DNA from: an uncultured Cetobacterium sp. | Lineage (GTDB): Bacteria > Fusobacteriota > Fusobacteriia > Fusobacteriales > Fusobacteriaceae | Length of the DNA stretch: 64,000 nucleotides | NCBI RefSeq assembly: GCF_945952365.1 | Contig: NZ_CAMFHX010000005.1 | Coordinates: 6,832-70,831 of the forward strand | Direction: 5' to 3' | Part shown: one piece after another, positions 58,058 through 64,000 of the stretch | Numbering within the stretch: the stretch's first letter is position 1 | Layout: each line of letters opens with the position of its first letter | Made by a program: the position numbers and the translations under genes | Notes under the pieces: model-generated | Databases searched by the model: none | What the model was told of the DNA's origin: nothing | The model's input: only the letters and a program-made list of their open reading frames with translations

Positions 58058-60409
58058 CTATACATTCGGGTTTAATACAAACTCCGTTAAATCATTTACA
58101 AAATTCATTGTTTTCTCATTCTTATCATTTACTGGATTAAACTCTACGATATCTACTGATGTTATAGAGTAATTTTTAAATAAGAATCTGAATGTTTTAA
58201 ACATTTCATCAGGGGTAAATCCATTTCTTACTGGTGTACTTACTCCTGGTGCAAACTCAGGATCAACTGAATCTACATCGAAACTTATATGAATGTTATC
58301 GATTTTTAAGTAATCTCTAATCTCATCTAAAACATTTTCTAATCCTTTATGAACAACTTCATCATAAGGAATTACTTTAACTCCTAACTCTTCTATTACT
58401 TCTCTCTCTTTTACATCAAGATCTCTAGCACCTAAAATTACAACATTTTTGCTTTCAATTTTAGCTCCTTCATAGAAACAGTTAACTAAATCTCTATCTC
58501 CAGCTCCTTGTAAAAGTGCAAGAGGCATTCCGTGAATGTTTCCTGACATAGTTGTTTCATCTGTATTCATATCTCCATGAGCATCAATCCATACTACTCC
58601 AACCTCTTTTTCTAACGCAACTCCAGATATTGATCCTAAAGCTATTGAGTGATCTCCACCAACAGTTATTGGTCTATATCCATCTCTTACTGCTGCATTT
58701 ACTGCTGAAGCTAACTTTTCACAAGTGTTTAATATTGTATTCTTATACTTTAATGACCACTCGTTGAAGTTTTCTCTTTGCTTTTCTACATCTATATAAG
58801 TCATCTCTCCAAATGTATCTGGGAAGTGCTCTGCTAATACTTCTGGTCCAAATTCGATACCTGCTTTATTTGCTCCTAAGTTCATCGGAACAGCAAACAT
58901 CTTGTTCTTCATTTTTTCAGTATATAGGTATACTGCATCCTCTTCATCTATAACTTTTATAAATTCTAACTCAGGGTCTTCCATACCTTGAACATGAAGT
59001 TTAGCTGCTTTTAGGTTTTGAATATAAGTGATTGTATCTTTTGATATTCTTTCCCCTGGAGTGATTACTGGAATTCCTGGCGGATATGCCATTACCATCT
59101 CAGCACAAATCTTTCCTTCACTTTCTAAGAATTTAATTCTATTGTTCTCACTGTAGAATGCTTCTCTTGGAATTAAAACTGATTCAGGAATAGCTGGCAT
59201 TTTTCCAACTGATTCTGCTATAGTTTTTCCTTTACCGAAGAATCTCTTACTTATATCTTTTAAAGCTTCTAAAAGCTTTCCAGTACTAGTTTCGTCGTCT
59301 CCTAATGTAACTAATCCTAATACATTATAGAAGTCTGATAACTCAACTTGGATATTGTAATCATCAACTAATAAAGTTTCTAATTCAAATCCAGTTAATC
59401 CTAACTCTCTTGCTGATATAGAAAGTTTTGTATCATCAAAATCATGTATTCCGTATCTTCCAATGATCTCTTTTCCGAATGAGAAGATTCCTGGAATTTT
59501 ATTGATTTCAGCTCTTAAATCTCTAGCTAATTTCAATGTTCTTGTTAATAACTCTCTTCCTTCTGTAGCTATCTGTCTTCTAGCACAGTCTAATGATGCC
59601 ATTAGTGGGTATGAAGGAGATGTCGTATGTAATATACTTAATATTTGTTGAATTCTGTTAACATCAACTCTTGTTGAGTTTACATGTAACATTGACATTT
59701 GTGTCATTGCTCCAATTATTTTATGTGTACTTTGACAACAAATATCCGCTCCTGCATCTATCGCTGATATTGGTAACTCTTCATGGAAGTGTAAGTGAGC
59801 TCCGTGAGCCTCATCAACTATTAAAGGAATATCGTAGCTATGAACTATATCTGCAATCTTTTTAATATCAGTTGCTGCTCCATAGTATGTTGGGTTAATG
59901 ATTAACACAGCCTTTGTATCTGGATGCTGTTTTAGCATATTTTCAACAACCTCTGGTCTAACTCCATGAGCTATTCCTAATTCGTCATCCACTTCAGGAT
60001 TCATGTAAACTGGAATTGATCCACTTAATATTATTCCACCAGAAACCGATTTATGAACGTTTCTCGGGACTAATATTTTCTCTCCTGGCTTTACAACAGA
60101 CATTATCATAGCTTGAATTGCTCCTGATGTTCCGTTGACAGCGAAGAAGGTCTTCTTTACTCCATAAGCGTCAGCTGCTAATTCTTGTGCTTCTTTTATA
60201 CAACTCTTTGGATTGTGTAATCCATCAACCATCTTAAAGATAGTTACATCAATTGAAAAGGGATTTGGTCCCATAAACTCATAAAACTCTTTATCCATTC
60301 CCTTTCCTCTCTTATGCCCTGGAACATGGAATGGAGTGATATCTCTTTTCGCATATACGTCCTTCAGTGTTGAGAATATAGGTGTTTGATATTGATTTAA
60401 TTTAGTCAT
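58058..60409 (-). CDS. Fusion protein: PLP-dependent Orn/Lys/Arg decarboxylase (SpeA-like, Bacillus type) N-terminal about 490 aa, plus arginase-family (agmatinase/SpeB-like) C-terminal about 290 aa
   Basis: N-terminal FHVPGHKRG and the HK PLP-lysine region (STHKIIGAM). C-terminal arginase-family Mn-binding motifs (DAHGD, ISFDVDSVDPEFAPGVSTP). 783 aa. Confidence 0.75.
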   Translation of the reverse strand: MTKLNQYQTPIFSTLKDVYAKRDITPFHVPGHKRGKGMDKEFYEFMGPNPFSIDVTIFKMVDGLHNPKSCIKEAQELAADAYGVKKTFFAVNGTSGAIQAMIMSVVKPGEKILVPRNVHKSVSGGIILSGSIPVYMNPEVDDELGIAHGVRPEVVENMLKQHPDTKAVLIINPTYYGAATDIKKIADIVHSYDIPLIVDEAHGAHLHFHEELPISAIDAGADICCQSTHKIIGAMTQMSMLHVNSTRVDVNRIQQILSILHTTSPSYPLMASLDCARRQIATEGRELLTRTLKLARDLRAEINKIPGIFSFGKEIIGRYGIHDFDDTKLSISARELGLTGFELETLLVDDYNIQVELSDFYNVLGLVTLGDDETSTGKLLEALKDISKRFFGKGKTIAESVGKMPAIPESVLIPREAFYSENNRIKFLESEGKICAEMVMAYPPGIPVITPGERISKDTITYIQNLKAAKLHVQGMEDPELEFIKVIDEEDAVYLYTEKMKNKMFAVPMNLGANKAGIEFGPEVLAEHFPDTFGEMTYIDVEKQRENFNEWSLKYKNTILNTCEKLASAVNAAVRDGYRPITVGGDHSIALGSISGVALEKEVGVVWIDAHGDMNTDETTMSGNIHGMPLALLQGAGDRDLVNCFYEGAKIESKNVVILGARDLDVKEREVIEELGVKVIPYDEVVHKGLENVLDEIRDYLKIDNIHISFDVDSVDPEFAPGVSTPVRNGFTPDEMFKTFRFLFKNYSITSVDIVEFNPVNDKNEKTMNFVNDLTEFVLNPNV

Positions 60410-60567
60410 CTTACCTCCTTGTTTAATAAATTTTGTTATTAAAAAATGATATTAAAAAGTTACAAAATAATATATAATTTACATTATTAATTTCTTTTAA
60501 AATACGAGATATTGTAGAGCTTTTTAGAAATTAAGTCAACTATTTTTTGAAAGGAAGTAGAATTTTT

Positions 60568-61161
60568 ATGAAAAAAATTTTAATTTTTGCTTCAAACGGC
60601 TTCGAAACCCTAGAATTAGCACCTTTTCTTGATGTCTTTGGTTGGAATAATATTGTCGGAAATAAAAAAATTTTTTCAACAGTTTGTGCCCTTCATGATG
60701 AACTTAATGCAACTTGGAACTTAAAAATTGTACCTGAAATTAACTTAAAAACTACTAATTTATCACTTGATGAATTTGATGCTCTTGTTATCCCTGGTGG
60801 ATTTGGTAAAGCTGGATTCTTTAATGATATTCAATCTGATGAATTAAAATCCTTGTTAAATTATTTTATTTTAAATAAAAAGATAGTTATTGGGATTTGT
60901 ACTGGAGCTCTTGCTATTGCAATTCATGGTTTTTTAAAAAATATTCCTGCAACAACTTATTTATTAGATAATGAAAGATATTTTAAACAATTGAAAACTT
61001 ATGGTGCTATTCCAGTTCAAGAGGATATTGTTATATCTGATAATATTATTACATCTTCTGGCCCAAGTACAGCTCTTGATATAGCTTTTCATCTATTAAA
61101 AGAGTTTACAGATGAAAAAAATTGTAAGATTGTCAAAAAAAATATGGGATTTTTTAAATAA
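60568..61161 (+). CDS. DJ-1/PfpI-family protein. Probable start is the ATG at 60568 after the AAAGGAAG RBS.
   Basis: DJ-1 motifs (DALVIPGG, nucleophile elbow IGICTGALA). Confidence 0.75.
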   Translation: MKKILIFASNGFETLELAPFLDVFGWNNIVGNKKIFSTVCALHDELNATWNLKIVPEINLKTTNLSLDEFDALVIPGGFGKAGFFNDIQSDELKSLLNYFILNKKIVIGICTGALAIAIHGFLKNIPATTYLLDNERYFKQLKTYGAIPVQEDIVISDNIITSSGPSTALDIAFHLLKEFTDEKNCKIVKKNMGFFK

Positions 61162-61257
61162 TTTAAGATTTTTAATGAAATTTATTTCGTTTTATGCTAT
61201 GCTTTAAAGTATCAAATAACCCTATCTTATATAGGGATTTTAGTGAGGTGTTTTATA

Positions 61258-61742
61258 TGAAAATAGAAGAAGGAAAAGTAGTAACACTTGAGTTTAAAGT
61301 TTACGACAAAAACAACGGAGAACTTTTAGAGGATACACAAGATGTAGGACCATTTTTCTATATCCACGGATTTGGAAACTTTGTTCCAGCTATCGAAGAA
61401 GCTTTAGAAGGTAAAGAAAAAGGACATACTGCTACTATTGAGTTAACTCCAGAAGAAGGATACGGAGAGTACGACGAAGAGTTAATCATCGAAATGGATA
61501 AATCTGAGTTCGTTGAATTCGACGATCTTTACGAAGGTCTTGATTTCATAGCTGATATGGACGACGATACTGAGCAATCATTCATTATCACAAAAATCGA
61601 AGACGAAGTTGTAACTGCTGATGGAAACCACCCATTCGCTGGTAAAAACTTAAAGTTTGACGTTACAGTTTCTGACGTTAGAGAAGCTACAGAAGAGGAG
61701 ATCGAGCACGGTCACGCTCACTTCCACGGATTCGAAGACTAA
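61258..61742 (+). CDS. slyD: FKBP-type peptidyl-prolyl cis-trans isomerase SlyD-like, with a His-rich metal-binding tail
   Basis: MKIEEGKVVTLEFKVYD start, FKBP plus insert-in-flap architecture, C-terminal HGHAHFHGFED. Probable start at the ATG at 61258, not 61194. Confidence 0.8.
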
Positions 61743-61782
61743 TCTAAAAATATTACTATAAGAGTTTAAGGAGTATAAATAA

Positions 61783-62211
61783 ATGAAAATAGCTTTAGGT
61801 GCAGATCATGGTGGATTTGCTTTAAAAGAGATTGTTAAAAAACACTTAGAAGGAAAAGGATTTGAAGTTTTAGATAAAGGATGTTACTCAACAGATTCTG
61901 TTGATTACCCTACTTACGCAAAATCTGTTGCTAACTCTGTTTTAGATAAAGAAGCTGATTTTGGAATCCTTATCTGTGGAACTGGAATTGGAATTTCAAT
62001 TGCAGCAAATAGATTTAAAGGAATCAGAGCAGCACTTTGTTCAAATACAACAATGGCTAAATTAACTAGAGAGCATAATGATGCTAATATTTTAGCTCTT
62101 GGTGCTAGAATGACTGGTGATATCTTAGCTCTTGAAATTGTTGATGAGTTTTTAAGAACTGAATTCGAAGGTGGAAGACACTTAACAAGAATCGAAGCTA
62201 TAGAACTTTAA
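61783..62211 (+). CDS. rpiB: Ribose-5-phosphate isomerase B
   Basis: MKIALGADHGGFALKE and CGTGIGISIAANR motifs. Confidence 0.85.
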   Translation: MKIALGADHGGFALKEIVKKHLEGKGFEVLDKGCYSTDSVDYPTYAKSVANSVLDKEADFGILICGTGIGISIAANRFKGIRAALCSNTTMAKLTREHNDANILALGARMTGDILALEIVDEFLRTEFEGGRHLTRIEAIEL

Positions 62212-62230
62212 TTAAAAAAGGAGTAAACTT

Positions 62231-62575
62231 ATGGCTACTATATTTACTAAAATTATAAATAGAGAGATTCCAGCTTCTATCGTTTTCGAAAACGATAAAG
62301 TTATTGCTTTTAAAGATATAAATCCTGCAGCACCAATTCATATCTTGGTTGTTCCTAAAAAGGAGATTCCAACTTTAAATGATATTACAGCTGAGGATTC
62401 AGAATATCTAACTGCTATGTATTTAGCTATTAAGGATATTACTAAAGATTTAAATATCTCTGAAAATGGGTACAGAGTAATTACAAATTGTAACTCTCAC
62501 GGTGGACAAGAAGTGTTTCACTTACACTTCCACATCTTAGGTGGTCAACACCTTGGACCTATGCTATCAATTTAA
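62231..62575 (+). CDS. HIT-family (histidine triad) protein
   Basis: HLHFHILGG histidine triad motif; 114 aa. Confidence 0.85.
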   Translation: MATIFTKIINREIPASIVFENDKVIAFKDINPAAPIHILVVPKKEIPTLNDITAEDSEYLTAMYLAIKDITKDLNISENGYRVITNCNSHGGQEVFHLHFHILGGQHLGPMLSI

Positions 62576-62587
62576 TAGTAATTAATA

Positions 62588-62617
62588 AGAGGTTGCTAAA
62601 AGCAACCTCTATTTTTA
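62588..62617. terminator. Bidirectional terminator between the HIT gene (+) and the aas-like gene (-)
   Basis: AGAGGTTGC-taaaa-GCAACCTCT followed by TTTTT. Confidence 0.55.
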
Positions 62618-62631
62618 TACTCTATATATTT

Positions 62632-64000
62632 TTATTTCTCTACCCATTCTTTTATATCTTTAAAGTTCTTTTTTACAATCTCTTCAACACTTAAAGAAGT
62701 TGGTGAAACCTTAGGGAAGAACTTAACTTTTACAGTTCCACTTGTTGGAGTTTTTCTATGAGCTGGGAATAATTCGTAAGCACCTTTAATTCCAAATGGA
62801 ACTATATCAGCACCTAACTCTTTTGCTAAAATAGCATAGAACTTCTTAAACTCTTTCATCTCTCCATCTCTTGTTCTTGTTCCTTCTGGGAATATAACTA
62901 TATTCTTTCCTTTTCTTAAAGCCGTTGCAGCACTTTGTAATGTCTCTGCTAAGTTTTTATTTATATCTATCAACATTACATTTGAGTTTTCACCTAAAGA
63001 TTTCATAAATCCTTTTTGGAAATGAGCTACTTTTGCTAAATAATATGTGTTATCTAAGATTTTATTATCCACACTTTGATTGAAAATAAATCCATCTAAG
63101 AAACTTTGATGGTTTCCTACAAATATTGTTGGCGTATTTACATTTGAGTTTTCCACTGTTTCTTTCTCAACTTTAATATATGCAGAGAATACTGGTTTTA
63201 AAATTGTTTTTACTATTTTTCCAGCACAGTTAGATTTAGGGAAGCCTTCTAAACTCTCCTTCTCTAATATTGTTTTCCAATCTATATCCTTTACTTCTAA
63301 ACCATTTGAGTTCTCTTTTAAATACTCAGCAATAGCTATTACAGTTGGATTCTCTGTTAAAACTTCCTCTGTTAAATTTACGCCAAAACTACTTTGAACA
63401 AACGCCATAAATTCAACTAAGTCTAATGAATCTAATCCTAAATCTAATTCTAAGTGAGCCTTAGATGTAACTTTTTTACTTTTTAAGTTACTTAAATATT
63501 CTGAAATTACAGTATACTCTTCAAACGTTGGAGCGTTCTCCTCTTTTTCTACTTCAACTTTTCCTTCTAATAAATCAGCTACCATAAATCTTCTAATTTT
63601 TCCAATCTTTGTTTTAGGTAGCTCTTGTTGAACTATTTTTAAATCTAAAATTTTCTTATAGTTTGGAACCTTGCCATTATATTTATCAATAACATCATTT
63701 TTTAATGTCTCGGCAATATTTGTTATTCTATGCTCTTTTACTTTTGCAAAGTTTGGATATACAACAGCTGTCAATAAAGCATTGTATTCTGTTACAACCA
63801 TCTCTTCTATTAAATCAGTATTAGACATTATCCACTGCTCTATCTCTATTGGATTGATATTTTTACCATTTGATAAAACAATCATCTCTTTCTTTCTTCC
63901 AGTTACATATAGGTATTCATCTTTTACCTCTCCTAAATCCCCTGTATGGAACCAACCATCAGCATCAATTACTTCTGCTGTTGCCTCTGGTTTATTATAG
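62632..64000 (-). CDS. Aas-like multidomain acyl-activating/acyltransferase protein, 3'-portion only (C-terminal end of AMP-binding domain, phosphopantetheine-binding domain, LPLAT/PlsC acyltransferase domain). Gene continues beyond the window end.
   Basis: IVLSNGKNINPIEIE (AMP-binding C-domain). LDLGLDSLDLVEF (PP-binding Ser). FVGNHQSFLDG (HxxxxD) and FPEGTRT acyltransferase motifs. The annotated Met is internal and the frame is open to the window edge. Confidence 0.7.
   Translation of the reverse strand, partial: YNKPEATAEVIDADGWFHTGDLGEVKDEYLYVTGRKKEMIVLSNGKNINPIEIEQWIMSNTDLIEEMVVTEYNALLTAVVYPNFAKVKEHRITNIAETLKNDVIDKYNGKVPNYKKILDLKIVQQELPKTKIGKIRRFMVADLLEGKVEVEKEENAPTFEEYTVISEYLSNLKSKKVTSKAHLELDLGLDSLDLVEFMAFVQSSFGVNLTEEVLTENPTVIAIAEYLKENSNGLEVKDIDWKTILEKESLEGFPKSNCAGKIVKTILKPVFSAYIKVEKETVENSNVNTPTIFVGNHQSFLDGFIFNQSVDNKILDNTYYLAKVAHFQKGFMKSLGENSNVMLIDINKNLAETLQSAATALRKGKNIVIFPEGTRTRDGEMKEFKKFYAILAKELGADIVPFGIKGAYELFPAHRKTPTSGTVKVKFFPKVSPTSLSVEEIVKKNFKDIKEWVEK

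Noticed and set aside
61194-61257. Upstream extension of the slyD ORF (MLCFKVSNNPILYRDFSEVFY)
   Set aside because: The FKBP domain starts at the internal MKIEEGKVV at 61258. The extension has no RBS and overlaps likely promoter sequence.
1-64000. Looked for CRISPR arrays, cas genes, rRNA genes and integrase/recombinase genes
   Set aside because: No regularly spaced direct repeats of 25-40 bp. No Cas-like, rRNA-like or tyrosine/serine recombinase-like ORFs. The only mobility gene recognised is tnpB.

Overview
Low-GC, Fusobacterium-like chromosomal window; gene calls rest on motifs read directly from the ORF translations. The left end (1-8.2 kb) is a sugar-utilisation cluster: a 5'-partial GH38 alpha-mannosidase, a cellobiose-type PTS IIC, a GH1 6-phospho-beta-glucosidase and a ROK kinase. 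It is followed by an MFS transporter and a tandem BFD-like [2Fe-2S] protein. From about 8.2 to 31.0 kb lies a very AT-rich accessory or defence island with every cargo gene on the minus strand. It holds a HEPN/MNT toxin-antitoxin pair and a Type III restriction-modification locus (intact mod; res split by a frameshift; a DUF1016 nuclease gene inserted between them). A 905-aa SIR2-domain protein is translationally coupled to mod. A three-gene operon encodes a PLD-SNF2 helicase, a small ABC-like ATPase and an unknown 226-aa protein. A two-gene operon encodes a 1615-aa SF1 helicase fused to a Vsr-like nuclease plus a PC4-like ssDNA-binding protein. An IS200/IS605-type TnpB-only element with subterminal hairpins abuts a truncated gene. 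The remaining 33 kb is core metabolism. It contains NfeD/SPFH, tRNA-Leu(CAA) and an amino-acid ABC transporter preceded by a His-codon leader peptide and attenuator-like hairpins. It also contains the complete lysine-to-butyrate fermentation pathway (kamDE, a MutS-like/P-loop pair, kamA, kdd, kce, kal, crt, hbd, atoDA, thiolase, bcd, etfBA). It ends with an arginine-decarboxylase/agmatinase fusion, DJ-1, SlyD, RpiB, HIT and a partial Aas-like gene. The best candidates for an undescribed system are the SIR2-mod coupling, the PLD-SNF2/ATPase/unknown operon and the giant helicase-nuclease/PC4 pair.
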